This document shows, in pieces, positions 38,764 to 48,997 of a stretch of DNA of 64,000 bases. This DNA comes from Acidobacteriota bacterium. GTDB taxonomy: Bacteria; Acidobacteriota; UBA6911; RPQK01; JAJDTT01. A program made the position numbers and the translations under genes. The notes below the pieces were generated by a model. That model worked only from the letters and a program-made list of their open reading frames with translations, searched no databases and was not told the DNA's origin. Every line of letters begins with the position of its first letter. The stretch's first letter is position 1. The stretch lies in contig CBDCJH010000002.1 in assembly GCA_965217775.1 (NCBI GenBank), positions 2,176,001 through 2,240,000 of the forward strand, given 5' to 3'.

Positions 38764-40335
38764 ATGATACTCGTATCTGTTCTGATCGGTTTCCTGCTCA
38801 CCCTGCCGCTCGCGGCTCAGTCCGCGCCCATCTCCATCGGTTCCGAGAAACAACTGTTCCTGGACCAGCGGCTGATCCAGTCGAGCCGAAATGTGGAACT
38901 GGTGCTGAACCTTCCCGAACAGCCTCGGGAAAATCTCATCCTCAAAGACCGTCCCTGGGAACAGGGGCGGGCGGGTGGGTACGCCCATGTCCTTCGCGAC
39001 GGCGCCCTCTACCGCATGTTCTACAACAGCTTCGACCGCTCCTACCGGGTCCGGTATTTCTGTCTGGCCCTCTCTCACGACGGCGTCCACTGGACCAAGC
39101 CGAACCTGGGCCTGATCCCTTACGCCGGGAACTACGACACCAACATCATCGCCTTGGACGTTTTCGGGAGCCCGTTCATCGACCTCTTCGACTCACCCGA
39201 GCGTCGCTACAAGCTCTATTCCCGTGTGGGACGGGCCCGGGGAGAGCGCGATCAGATCATGCAGGGGGACTCGTCCGACTCGGGTTCGTTCTCCTGGCCG
39301 CCGGCGCAGGACGCCGATCCCCAAAGCGTCTACCTCCTGTACTCCGGGGACGGCGTCTTCTGGCAGCGGGAACCGGAACCGGTGATGCCTTTCTACGTGG
39401 GAGCGCCCACCTCGGTCTTGTGGGACGAAGACGCCGGCGTCTGGGCCATCTATCCCCGGGCCTATCTTCCCGGCAGTCGCGTTCGGGTCTTCAGCCGAAC
39501 CACCGCCGGCAAGCATGAGCTGGGAGAAGCCTTCGACCTGAATCTCATGTCGCCGGCCCGCCGCCGGCTTGAGCAACAGACCGGATCTCGGGTCACAGGT
39601 CTCCTGGACGAACTTCCGGTGGTGCTCAAGCCGGATCTCGAAGACCCCGATGGAATGCAGGTCTACACCATCTACGCCTACAACTACCCGGCTCAGGACG
39701 CGTACGTCGCGTTTCCCAGCATCTGGTATTCGCGGCGCCCCGACGATTTCGAAAGAGTGGACCCCGGGGCCAGCGACACGCTGGAGATTCAATTCACCTT
39801 CTCCCGGGACGGAATCCGATGGCAACGGCCCTTCCGTCAACCGCTGGTCTCACTCGGTTCCCCAGGCTCGGCTTGGGAGCACCAGATCTACGGAGCCGGA
39901 CTGGTCGAGAGCGGCGATCGGCTCTACTTCTATTACAACGGCCTGCCCAGCGAGCACCTGACCATGGACAAGGCCGCGGACTGGACGTGTGTGACCGCCC
40001 GGGCCATCTTCCGCCTCGACGGCTTCGTCTCGGCTGACGCCGCCTACCAGGGAGGAGAGCTCACCACGCCACTCCTCACCTTCACCGGTTCCAGGCTCCA
40101 ATACAACGCCAAGACCGGCGGCGGCGGCTTCATCCGGACCGAGATCCTGGATTCCACCGGCGCTCCCGTGCCCGGATTTACTCTGGCGGACTCGCACCGC
40201 GTGAACGGCAACAGCGTCCGTCACCTGGCTGCCTGGAGAGGCTCCGCCGATGTCTCCTCGCTGGCCGGGCAGCCGGTGCGGCTGCGGCTGGTGATGAGGG
40301 ACACGAAACTCTTCGCTCTCCAGTTCGTCCGCTGA
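38764..40335 (+). CDS. Secreted hypothetical protein, probable five-bladed beta-propeller glycosidase-like fold
   Basis: Signal peptide; Asp-box-like repeats SHDGVHWTKP, SGDGVFW, SRDGIRW; RLDGFVS tail. Confidence 0.7.
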   Translation: MILVSVLIGFLLTLPLAAQSAPISIGSEKQLFLDQRLIQSSRNVELVLNLPEQPRENLILKDRPWEQGRAGGYAHVLRDGALYRMFYNSFDRSYRVRYFCLALSHDGVHWTKPNLGLIPYAGNYDTNIIALDVFGSPFIDLFDSPERRYKLYSRVGRARGERDQIMQGDSSDSGSFSWPPAQDADPQSVYLLYSGDGVFWQREPEPVMPFYVGAPTSVLWDEDAGVWAIYPRAYLPGSRVRVFSRTTAGKHELGEAFDLNLMSPARRRLEQQTGSRVTGLLDELPVVLKPDLEDPDGMQVYTIYAYNYPAQDAYVAFPSIWYSRRPDDFERVDPGASDTLEIQFTFSRDGIRWQRPFRQPLVSLGSPGSAWEHQIYGAGLVESGDRLYFYYNGLPSEHLTMDKAADWTCVTARAIFRLDGFVSADAAYQGGELTTPLLTFTGSRLQYNAKTGGGGFIRTEILDSTGAPVPGFTLADSHRVNGNSVRHLAAWRGSADVSSLAGQPVRLRLVMRDTKLFALQFVR

Positions 40336-40362
40336 TCCAGTGTTTGTCCGCTTGAACCGGAA

Positions 40363-41637
40363 TCAGCCAGCCGGGCTCAGGTAGGGAATGGTCTGCGGTC
40401 CCTGGGGCAGGACGCCGAGGCGAGCGTCCGGACCGTATTCGTCCAGCAATTCCAGGACGGTGGCTTCCAGATTCCCGACCGGTTCCAGGTGTGCGCTCCG
40501 GATCTGGTGTGGGGCCAACCCGTCCGATTTCAGCAGGACGCGGGCCTTGAGTTGGATCTGGCTCTGGATCTGGACCTGCCACTGGTCATGCGTGGTGACG
40601 TCTTCCCGTTGGATCCGGTCCAGAAAACTGGCGGCATCAGCGGTCGAGGCCAGAAGTTTGCGGTACTCACCATGTTCCGGGATCCCGTCGGAGCACTCCG
40701 CGGCACAGACGATGGCGCCTCCCCGGCGGACGATGCGCGCCGCCGCCGACATCCCCTTCACCGACTGATAGAGGTTCAGGTCCAGGGGATAGCCGCTGTT
40801 GGTGGTCACGACCACGTCGAAGGGCCGGGCCACCGCCTGCATGGCCGTTTTCTGGGCGAAGCGGCAGGCGGACCCGTGGGACTCGAAGATCTCACCCGCG
40901 TGCACGCTCGTGATCTCATGGTCCCGATTCAAGGTGACGTCCAGACTGAAGTCCACGCCCGAAAGCTCTGCGATTTCACGAATAGCATCGTGAATGGGAT
41001 TGCCGTGTGTGATCCCCCAAGTGGCCTTAGGATGGGCGATCAGAGGGGCGCTGTGAAGCTTCATGATGGTGTCGAACCCGGCCAGACCCGGAGCCACAAG
41101 CTTGGGGCCGCCACTGAACCCGGCAAAGAAATGGGGTTCCACGAACCCGGTGGTGATCCGCACGTCGGACTCGAGCCAGATCGAGTTGAGCCAAACCGGA
41201 ATCCCGGAGGAAAGGGTGCCGCGGCAGCCCAGCGTTTCAGGCCGGAAGGACTGGTGATTGATGACCGGGTAGTTGCGGACCACTTCCGCTCCCAACATGC
41301 CCTCCAGTTCTTCCACGGTGTTGGAGCGGTGGGTGCCGGTGGCCACCAGGATGGAGATCCGGTCCCTGGGCACGTGCTCCAACTCGGCCAGCAGCACGGG
41401 TAGAACTCGGGAACTGGGCATGGGGCGTGTGATGTCGCAGACCGAGATGGCGACAGTCTGGTCGCGCCGCGCCAAATCTCTCAGGGGGAGAGTGCCCATG
41501 GGGCTTCGGAAGGCTTTCCGGAGCGCCTCCTCTTCGCATGGGACCCCCGGGAGATACGAGGGCTCCAGAACCGTCGTCCCCTCCCCGGGAAGCTCCACCT
41601 CGAGACCGTTCTTGCCGTATGCCAACTCAACCCGCAC
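40363..41637 (-). CDS. larA: Nickel-pincer-dependent lactate racemase family (2-hydroxy acid racemase/epimerase)
   Basis: DITRP, ATGTHR, EPHFFAGFSGGPK, GYPLDLNLYQSVKG, AECSDG; GTG start overlapping the tadA stop. Confidence 0.9.
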   Translation of the reverse strand: MRVELAYGKNGLEVELPGEGTTVLEPSYLPGVPCEEEALRKAFRSPMGTLPLRDLARRDQTVAISVCDITRPMPSSRVLPVLLAELEHVPRDRISILVATGTHRSNTVEELEGMLGAEVVRNYPVINHQSFRPETLGCRGTLSSGIPVWLNSIWLESDVRITTGFVEPHFFAGFSGGPKLVAPGLAGFDTIMKLHSAPLIAHPKATWGITHGNPIHDAIREIAELSGVDFSLDVTLNRDHEITSVHAGEIFESHGSACRFAQKTAMQAVARPFDVVVTTNSGYPLDLNLYQSVKGMSAAARIVRRGGAIVCAAECSDGIPEHGEYRKLLASTADAASFLDRIQREDVTTHDQWQVQIQSQIQLKARVLLKSDGLAPHQIRSAHLEPVGNLEATVLELLDEYGPDARLGVLPQGPQTIPYLSPAG

Positions 41638-42169
41638 GGATATCCTCCGATGTCTCTCCCGGGATTGGCTGCCCCGTCCTCCGGGAGGGCCCGCTCTCAC
41701 CGACGCCTCGATTCATCCTCAGGCGGGAGAAAAAGCCCTGCAGCAGTTGGCGCGCCTCAGCTTCCCGGACGCCCGGCACCACCTCGGGAGCGTGATTGAA
41801 TTGACCCGGCTTCAACAGGTCGACCCGGGAGGAAACGGCTCCCGACTTCAAATCCGGGGCGGCATAGACCAGACGCCCCACCCGAGCCCAAATCAGGGCG
41901 CCGGCACACATGGCGCAGGGTTCCAGCGTCACAAAGAGCTCTGAACCGGTCAATCGGTAGTTGGACAGGAGCTCGCCCGCTCTTCGCAAGACCAGGATCT
42001 CGGCGTGGGCCGTCGGGTCGGATCTCTGGATGCTCCGGTTGTGGTCCCGGGCCAGAAGCTCTCCCTCGTGCGCCAACACGGCTCCGACCGGAACTTCTCC
42101 CTCATGGGCTGCCTGCCGGGCCTCCTTTAGGGCGATCTCCATCCAGCGATCCAGCGCTTCCGTTCCCAT
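41627..42169 (-). CDS. tadA: tRNA adenosine(34) deaminase
   Basis: GEVPVGAV, DPTAHAE, NYRL, TLEPCAMC, FF..LR C-terminal motif. Confidence 0.95.
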   Translation of the reverse strand: MGTEALDRWMEIALKEARQAAHEGEVPVGAVLAHEGELLARDHNRSIQRSDPTAHAEILVLRRAGELLSNYRLTGSELFVTLEPCAMCAGALIWARVGRLVYAAPDLKSGAVSSRVDLLKPGQFNHAPEVVPGVREAEARQLLQGFFSRLRMNRGVGESGPSRRTGQPIPGETSEDIRAG

Positions 42170-42318
42170 CGGAACCCCTATCCTTCGAGTTGAGCCGATG
42201 CTGGAAAGCATACCAGCCCTCTGTGAAGCTCCGGTGTTGGCGAAGCGAGCCACTTCCGGAGATTTGCAATGATCCCGCAACACTGGCATAAAATCGATGT
42301 CCGAAGCCCGCACAGTCC

Positions 42319-43227
42319 ATGAGATTCCCCGGCATTCCGACGCTCATCCTGACCGCACTCCTGGCCTCGTGCCAACGTTCGACCGAGACCATCACCTTTT
42401 TCCACTCCGCGAGTCTCTCTCCCCTGGTCGAGACCGTCTCCAAGCGGTTCGAGAGCATGCATCCCGACGTCGTTGTGGTAGGCGAGTCCGGGGCCGGGCT
42501 GGACATCATCCGCAAGTTGCCGGGCGAGGCACCGGGCCCGGACCTGCTGGCGATTTCAGACCGGCGGCTGCTGGAGCGGCTCCTGGATTCCGGCAGCGTG
42601 AGCCGCGCCTTCGAGTTCCTGGGGAATGACGTGGTGCTTGCCACCCGGAATCCCGAATTCCTGAGTGCGACCCGGCTCTCGGGACGTTCCCACCGGCGCT
42701 GGCATGAAATCCTTCTGGAGCGGGACTATTCCTACGGTATCGCCGATCCCGACCGGGACCCACCCGGTTACTGCGCCCACCTGGTGTGGAAACTGGCCGA
42801 GATCCACTATGAACGTCCCGGTCTCTACCGGCGGCTCCTGAATGGGCTGGATTCGCGCTGGATCTGTCCTGAGTCCGGCGAGCTGGCGGCGCTGCTTCGG
42901 GCCGATGTCCTGGACCTGGCTTTTCTCTACCGGTCCACGGCGCTCCAGAACAATCTGCCCTTTCTGGACCTGCCGCCCCAGATCTCTCTCGGGGAAACGC
43001 CCTATCGGGAAGTCTACTCGCAGGCCACCCTCCGGGTCACCGCTGTGGCTCCCGATTCCATGGCCGAGATCAGCGGCGTGCCGATCCGGTACGGTGTGGT
43101 CCTGACGCGGGAGAGCAGCCCCTGGGCCGAACGCTATCTGAACTACCTTCTGAGTCCCGAGGTCCAGGCCCTCTACCGGGAGTTGGGCTACCGCAACGTG
43201 CCGGTGACCGAGATTCCTCCCTGGTAG
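42319..43227 (+). CDS. Tungstate/molybdate ABC substrate-binding lipoprotein (WtpA-like)
   Basis: LLASC lipobox, HSASL, ADPDRDPPGY, FLYRSTA, GVPIRYG. Confidence 0.8.
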   Translation: MRFPGIPTLILTALLASCQRSTETITFFHSASLSPLVETVSKRFESMHPDVVVVGESGAGLDIIRKLPGEAPGPDLLAISDRRLLERLLDSGSVSRAFEFLGNDVVLATRNPEFLSATRLSGRSHRRWHEILLERDYSYGIADPDRDPPGYCAHLVWKLAEIHYERPGLYRRLLNGLDSRWICPESGELAALLRADVLDLAFLYRSTALQNNLPFLDLPPQISLGETPYREVYSQATLRVTAVAPDSMAEISGVPIRYGVVLTRESSPWAERYLNYLLSPEVQALYRELGYRNVPVTEIPPW

Positions 43228-43229
43228 CT

Positions 43230-45270
43230 CTAGCCGGAACTTCACTTCCGAAATCCGTCTAATCGTTTGTATGTCAGGAAGATAGACGAAATCAACCTGC
43301 CCAATTACTGGCAACAAATCGGGTCGGGTTGACGTCGAGCAGCTCGAAAACCTTCGCCTGCAGCGGCGTCGGCTTGGCGAACATCGGAAACGGATGCTCC
43401 GGAGCGTCCGGCAGGGTCACCTGGTTCAGGGTGAGCGTGCCGAGATCCGCCAGCAGCGTCCGGAGGCTATGCACGGGGAGCCCGTCAGCCGTTTGCTTGC
43501 GCGCGGCCTTAGCTTTCGTGCGCGCGGACACCTTTGCCTTTTCCACCGGTGAGGTCCGCAACGCTCGCGCCCCGGGACGATCCTCCTCCTCGAACAGCAG
43601 CGGCGCCAGACGCCGCCTCAGGTGCCATTGCAGGTAGTACGCCAGCAGACACAGAAAGACGTGCCCGCGCACATGGTCCTCGCTGTAGACGAAGACCGGG
43701 CGCAGGGCCAGCTGCGCCGTCTTGAGCGAGCGAAACGCCCGCTCGACCTGGGAGAGACTCTTGTACACCTCGACCGCCTCCGCAGCCCCGATGTCGGAGA
43801 CCTCCAGGCTGGTGCGAATGATGTAGATGCCATCCAGTTGGGCCTCCGCATCGATCTTCTCTTGGCGCCTGGACCAGCGGATGTCCTCGTCGGTCACCTC
43901 GATCAAGAAGTGTTTGTCCACCTTCTTGCGGCTGACGTCCCGGCCCACCCGGCGGTTGATCGCCTCCCGGCCGCGCAGCCGTGCATGGGGAGACCGCACG
44001 GCGCTGGCAATGGTCTCCAGGATCTTCTCGGTCGCGCACAGCAGGTCCTCGCGCTTGCGGGCCCGTTCCTGACGCAGGCGGGGATTGAGGCAGACCAGCA
44101 GCCGTTCGCCGGGAAAATCCGGGCTCAGAATCTCCGCGACCCCGTCCGGAACCAACTCGCCCGGCCGCAACGGGGCCGGTTCCTCGCCCTTCCCGCCCGA
44201 TTTTGGGGGCCGCATCAGCTTGCGGATGGCGCCCGTTCTCAAGGCCGAGATCCAGGCCAGACCGGCCGGTGAAAGGTCCTCGCGCAGCCGCGCCGTGGTG
44301 AGCATGCCGCGGTCCCCGACCAAGGCGATGGATTCGATGCCGAAGCGCCCCTGGATCTTCTTGACCTGCGCCGCCACCGTGCTCGGATCCCCGGTGTTGC
44401 CCGGGAACACCTCCACGGACAGCGGGCAACCGTCCCCGGCGCAGAGCAGGCCGAAGACGATCTGCTTCTTACCTTTCTTTCCGTCGCGGTTGTGGCCGAA
44501 TGCGGCCAGGGAACAGCAGCGCCCCTCGAGATAGCTGGAGGAGACGTCATAAAGCAAAAGTGTCCGGCCCTCCAGGTGGCGCCGCGCCAAGCTCTTCTCG
44601 ATCCAGACCTGGCGGCGCAGCAACCAGTCGAGCATGTTAAGCATCTCGTTGCCGCGGACCGGACCGAGGCCGAGGACGGGGCCGAGGCTGCTGGTGGCGG
44701 TCTCCGGAGACAGGCCCCGGGCGGTGGCGAGCTTGGAGGCGGGTTGGAGCACCCGGGCGACGAGGGCGGCGAGGGCAAGGTCGCGGTTGCGGCTGCGTTT
44801 GCGGTGCAGGAGGCGTTCGAGACCGAGTTGGCGGCCAAGACCGAGGAGGGCGGCGACATGACCATGGGGAAGGGCGCGGCGGATGGCGAGGTCATCGTCG
44901 AGGGGGCGATAGACTTGGCCCCCCTTGAGCAGGGCGCGGATGCCGTCGACGATCTCCGGGGGGAGCTTGGAGAGGTTGGCGAGGGTGGTGCGGCGGATGC
45001 GCTTGCCCTCGCGTTTGGCGTGGCGGAAGAGGATGGCGGGTGGGCTGTTGCGGTTGGGGATGACATCGACGTGGTAGGACATGGTGGAGAGGCCTCTTAC
45101 ATGGAAACAATATCAATCACTGATACTCCTACTATATAAGGGAAGACTGACATAATACGCGAGTCTGTACATGGAAACAAATATCCAGTTGGAGGATCGG
45201 GCTAAGGAACCGTAAACCGCGCTATTTCAATGATTTACTATGGCTTGAGGGGCAGTGAAGTTCCGTCTAG
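43230..45270 (-). mobile_element. IS1634-family insertion sequence, intact
   Basis: Terminal inverted repeats CTAGCCGGAACTTCACT (43230) and AGTGAAGTTCCGTCTAG (ending 45270), 16/17 match, enclosing a full transposase ORF. Confidence 0.9.
43292..45082 (-). CDS. IS1634-family DDE transposase
   Basis: TLANLSKLP, LYDVSSSYLEG, FGHNRDGK, VGDRGM, YKSLSQVERAFRSLK, HVFLCLLAY. Confidence 0.95.
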   Translation of the reverse strand: MSYHVDVIPNRNSPPAILFRHAKREGKRIRRTTLANLSKLPPEIVDGIRALLKGGQVYRPLDDDLAIRRALPHGHVAALLGLGRQLGLERLLHRKRSRNRDLALAALVARVLQPASKLATARGLSPETATSSLGPVLGLGPVRGNEMLNMLDWLLRRQVWIEKSLARRHLEGRTLLLYDVSSSYLEGRCCSLAAFGHNRDGKKGKKQIVFGLLCAGDGCPLSVEVFPGNTGDPSTVAAQVKKIQGRFGIESIALVGDRGMLTTARLREDLSPAGLAWISALRTGAIRKLMRPPKSGGKGEEPAPLRPGELVPDGVAEILSPDFPGERLLVCLNPRLRQERARKREDLLCATEKILETIASAVRSPHARLRGREAINRRVGRDVSRKKVDKHFLIEVTDEDIRWSRRQEKIDAEAQLDGIYIIRTSLEVSDIGAAEAVEVYKSLSQVERAFRSLKTAQLALRPVFVYSEDHVRGHVFLCLLAYYLQWHLRRRLAPLLFEEEDRPGARALRTSPVEKAKVSARTKAKAARKQTADGLPVHSLRTLLADLGTLTLNQVTLPDAPEHPFPMFAKPTPLQAKVFELLDVNPTRFVASNWAG

Positions 45271-45429
45271 CAGTCCGTGGTGAAAGTCCCGCGAGCACCG
45301 AAACCGGTCCTGCGCCCGCCGGACCAGGCGCTTCGGAGGGAGCATACCGGGAGTATGTGACCGAGTCGCAACGCCGTCCGCCGGGATGCAGGGACGGTCG
45401 AATGCCGTGACGACTTTTGCCACGGGCTG
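45271..45429. mobile_element. MITE family B, copy 1 (159 bp)
   Basis: Terminal inverted repeats CAGTCCGTGGTGAAAGTC / GACTTTTGCCACGGGCTG (15/18), flanked on both sides by CTAG. Second copy at 56340-56497. Confidence 0.88.
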
Positions 45430-45746
45430 CTAGTCGAAATTCGCGACGACGTCGGGTCGGCAGCCTCACTCGTTGTGAGGAAAGAGAAAAGATCCCCCAC
45501 CGCCCCGGTCCGGCGGACGCGAAAGAGAAACAGGCATCGAGTCCATCCGGCCCCGGCGTCCTCGACGAGACCATCCCCCTCCCGAGCCCGCTGGGCGGAA
45601 ACGACCCGCCTGTCTTCCACTCTTTTCTCTTTCCTCTTTCCTGCTTTCCTCTGTGTTCTCAGTAGAGGGTGGGTTCGTCCAGTCGGCGAGCTCTCCCTCC
45701 AGAAACCTTCTTACCGGCACCCCTTTGGGGTAAAGTGACGCCACCA

Positions 45747-48446
45747 ATGGGAAGAATACGCACGATGATCCCCCTGCTGCTGATTCTGACGGTCTGGGGT
45801 GCACTGGCGGGAGGGGTCAGCCTCTACATCGACTATCTCTGGTTCGATGCCGTGGGCTACCTGGAAGTCTTCCAGACCACGCTCGCTTCCAAGTTCCTTT
45901 TCTGGCTGGCCGGATTCGCCGTCAGCTTTTTGATTCTGGGTTCTAACCTTTACCTGGCCGCCCGTCGCCACCATGGCATCTACTGGATGAGTCCCGAACT
46001 CCAGGCGACCGCCCGGAAGGGCACGCAATTCGTCTTCTGGGTCGCCATTCTGATCCTGTCCGTTCTGATTGGGATGGTGGTTCAGAGCCAGTGGCTGACC
46101 TTCCTTCAGTACTGGAACCGGGTTCCGACGGGATTGCAGGATCCGATCTTCTCCGAGGACATCTCGTTCTATATTTTCTCCCTTCCTGTCCTGAGCTTCC
46201 TGGTCCATCTCGGACTGGTTCTGGTCGTCCTCTCCGTCCTGGCGGCTGCCATCACCTACGTGACCCATGGTCATCTGGCCTACCTGCAGCGCCTGAAACT
46301 GAGCCAGGAGGCCCGAGTGCACCTGACCCTGCTGGGCGTGGCGGGATTCCTGCTGCTGGCCGGCCGTTTCTGGCTCAATTGTTACGAAATTCTATACAGC
46401 CGGGAGGGGGTCATCTTCGGTGCCGGGTACACGGACGTTTACGCCCGTCTTCCCTGCACCATGATCCTGGCCGGCGTCTCCGTTCTGACCGCGGTCGCCT
46501 TCGCCGTCTCCATCTTCGGAAAGAACCTTCGAACAGCCGTCTATTCGGGAGTTTTCTTCGGGGCTGCGTATCTGGCCCTGAACTTCTACCCCATGGTGAT
46601 TCAGACCTTCATCGTGGAACCCAACGAGCTGCAGATGGAGACTCCCTATCTGGCCCACAACATTGGAATGACCCGCAAGGCCTACAACCTGGACAAGATC
46701 GAGGTGCACGACTTCTCCGGGACCGGCGACCTCTCCCGGGAGGAGATGGCCGCCAACGAGACCACGATCCGGAACATCCGCCTCTGGGGATGGCGGCCCC
46801 TGATGGACTCCTACAACCAGCTTCAATCGATCCGCTCCTACTACGAGTTCCAAGGGGTCGACCTGGACCGCTACGTCATCGACGGGAAATACCGGCAGGT
46901 GATGCTGTCGGCCCGGGAACTGGACTTCAGCAAGATCTCGGAGCAGGCCCAGACCTGGATCAACGAGTACTTCGTCTACACCCACGGCTACGGCCTCTGC
47001 CTGAGCCCGGTCAACGAGGTCACGCCGGAGGGACTTCCCGAGTTCTTCATCAAGGATATCCCGCCCCAGAGCAACGGGAGCTTCGAGATCACCCGTCCCG
47101 AGATCTACTTCGGCGAGAAGACCGACAATCCGGTCTTCGTCAAGACCACCCAGGAGGAGTTCGACTATCCCCTCGGCGACCAGAACGCCTTCACGACCTA
47201 CCAGGCCGAGCGCGGACTCGGCATCGGCTCGTTGGTTCGAAAGCTTCTCTTCGCCTGGGAACTGAAAAACTACAAGATTCTTTTCGCCGACGACTTCAGG
47301 TCCGAAAGCCGCGTGCTGCTGCACCGGCGCATCCGGGACCGGGTGCCCAAGATCGCACCGCCGGGCCTGGATTTCGATCCGGATCCCTATCTGGTGATCC
47401 ACGAGGGCCGCCTCTTCTGGATTCAGGACGGCTACACCTCCACCAGCCGCTATCCCTATTCGGAGCCGACCCGCCGCGGGTTCAACTACATGCGAAATTC
47501 CCTGAAGGTGGTGGTCGACGCCTATCTGGGAGACGTGACCTTCTACGTCTCAGACCCGGAGGACCCCCTGATTCAGGTCTACTCCGCCATCTTCCCGTCC
47601 ACTTTTCGCCCCCTGGAGGCGATGCCCGAGGGTCTGCGCCTGCACCTGAGGTATCCCGAGGTCCTCTTCAACGTTCAGCGGGAGATGTTCCGCACGTATC
47701 ACATGCGGGACACCGGCGTCTTCTACAACAAGGAAGACATGTGGGACATCCCCACCGAGATCTACCGGGACCAGGAGCAGGTCATGGAGAGCTACTACGT
47801 GATCATGAGACTGCCCGGGTCTCAGGAGGAGGAGTTCATCCTGCTGGTGCCCTACACCCCCCGCAACAAGAACAACATGATCTCCTGGTTGGCGGCCCGG
47901 TCGGACGGGGAACACTACGGGACCCTGGTTCTCTACCAGTTTCCCAAGCAGGAGCTGCGCTACGGACCTCTGCAAATCGAAGCCCGCATCGACCAGGACC
48001 CGACCATTTCCCCCCTCCTGACCCTGTGGAGTCAGCAGGGTTCGGAGGTGATTCGCGGCAACCTCCTGGTGATCCCCATCGAGGGGACCCTCCTCTACGT
48101 CGAGCCGCTCTACCTGCAGGCGGAAAAGAGCATGATCCCCGAGCTGACCCGGATCATCGTGGTGTTCGAGAACCGCGTGGCTCTCGGGGAGACACTGGAC
48201 GAAGCCCTCGCGGCCGCCATCTGGCCCGACGAGAGACCCGGAGATTACCGGGCGACAGCCGCGCAGGAGTTTTCCCTGGCTACAAACGTCGATCCGGGAA
48301 AGGACAGCCCTCTGATGGTCCGGGCTCTGCAGCACTTCAATCAGAGTCAGATATACTTGCGCGAGGGAAATTGGGCCGGTTACGGAGAGGAACAGGAGCG
48401 CCTGAAAAAGGTCCTGGAACAGTTGGTTCTGGAGTCCAGGAATTAG
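45747..48446 (+). CDS. UPF0182 family membrane protein
   Basis: YLWFDAVGY, GAGYTDV, NIRLW, YTHGYG, RPEIYFGE, RGNLLVIPI, YVEPLYL. Confidence 0.93.
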   Translation: MGRIRTMIPLLLILTVWGALAGGVSLYIDYLWFDAVGYLEVFQTTLASKFLFWLAGFAVSFLILGSNLYLAARRHHGIYWMSPELQATARKGTQFVFWVAILILSVLIGMVVQSQWLTFLQYWNRVPTGLQDPIFSEDISFYIFSLPVLSFLVHLGLVLVVLSVLAAAITYVTHGHLAYLQRLKLSQEARVHLTLLGVAGFLLLAGRFWLNCYEILYSREGVIFGAGYTDVYARLPCTMILAGVSVLTAVAFAVSIFGKNLRTAVYSGVFFGAAYLALNFYPMVIQTFIVEPNELQMETPYLAHNIGMTRKAYNLDKIEVHDFSGTGDLSREEMAANETTIRNIRLWGWRPLMDSYNQLQSIRSYYEFQGVDLDRYVIDGKYRQVMLSARELDFSKISEQAQTWINEYFVYTHGYGLCLSPVNEVTPEGLPEFFIKDIPPQSNGSFEITRPEIYFGEKTDNPVFVKTTQEEFDYPLGDQNAFTTYQAERGLGIGSLVRKLLFAWELKNYKILFADDFRSESRVLLHRRIRDRVPKIAPPGLDFDPDPYLVIHEGRLFWIQDGYTSTSRYPYSEPTRRGFNYMRNSLKVVVDAYLGDVTFYVSDPEDPLIQVYSAIFPSTFRPLEAMPEGLRLHLRYPEVLFNVQREMFRTYHMRDTGVFYNKEDMWDIPTEIYRDQEQVMESYYVIMRLPGSQEEEFILLVPYTPRNKNNMISWLAARSDGEHYGTLVLYQFPKQELRYGPLQIEARIDQDPTISPLLTLWSQQGSEVIRGNLLVIPIEGTLLYVEPLYLQAEKSMIPELTRIIVVFENRVALGETLDEALAAAIWPDERPGDYRATAAQEFSLATNVDPGKDSPLMVRALQHFNQSQIYLREGNWAGYGEEQERLKKVLEQLVLESRN

Positions 48447-48580
48447 GCCCGGCCCGTGGGGCCGCCGGTGGCGACGACCCGCTGAGAATCTCGGCCCAGT
48501 GTCGTTCCAGCTCTGAGCCTCAAGCGGTTTGAAGTCGGCGGCTCCCCCGCGTAGAATCACAAAGCAGGAGATCAATTCTC

Positions 48581-48904
48581 ATGATTAATCTGACGAACAA
48601 GGCAGTGAACCAGGTCCGGAAGGTCATCTCGGAACAGGCTCAGGCGTTTGCCGGTGTCCGGGTGGCGGTGGTGGGCGGGGGCTGCTCCGGCTTCCAATAC
48701 GCCATGAACCTGGAGCGGCAGGGCCGCGAGGGCGATGACGTCGTGGAGATCGACGGCTGCAAGGTCTTCGTGGATCCGCAGAGCATGCTCTACCTGGACG
48801 GGACCGAGATCGACTACATTGAGACGACTCAAGCCGCCGGGTTTCAATTCAAGAATCCCAACGTCTCCGGCTCCTGCGGCTGCGGCGAGTCTTTTCACGT
48901 CTGA
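48581..48904 (+). CDS. HesB/IscA/ErpA A-type Fe-S carrier
   Basis: GGGCSGFQY and CGCGESF motifs. Confidence 0.95.
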   Translation: MINLTNKAVNQVRKVISEQAQAFAGVRVAVVGGGCSGFQYAMNLERQGREGDDVVEIDGCKVFVDPQSMLYLDGTEIDYIETTQAAGFQFKNPNVSGSCGCGESFHV

Positions 48905-48997
48905 ACCCGTTTCTGCTCCAAGCTTTTCGATCTGCCGTCCGTATTCTGCGACGCCGGTTCGGGCCTTCCTTGAAGCGCCTCCGTCCTGGGTTTGATA

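Noticed and set aside
42170-42318. Moco/tungsten riboswitch upstream of the wtpA-like gene
   Set aside because: Only a small ATGCT-GGAA-AGCAT hairpin was seen; the conserved multi-stem motif could not be identified by eye. An Infernal search with the Rfam Moco model would settle it.
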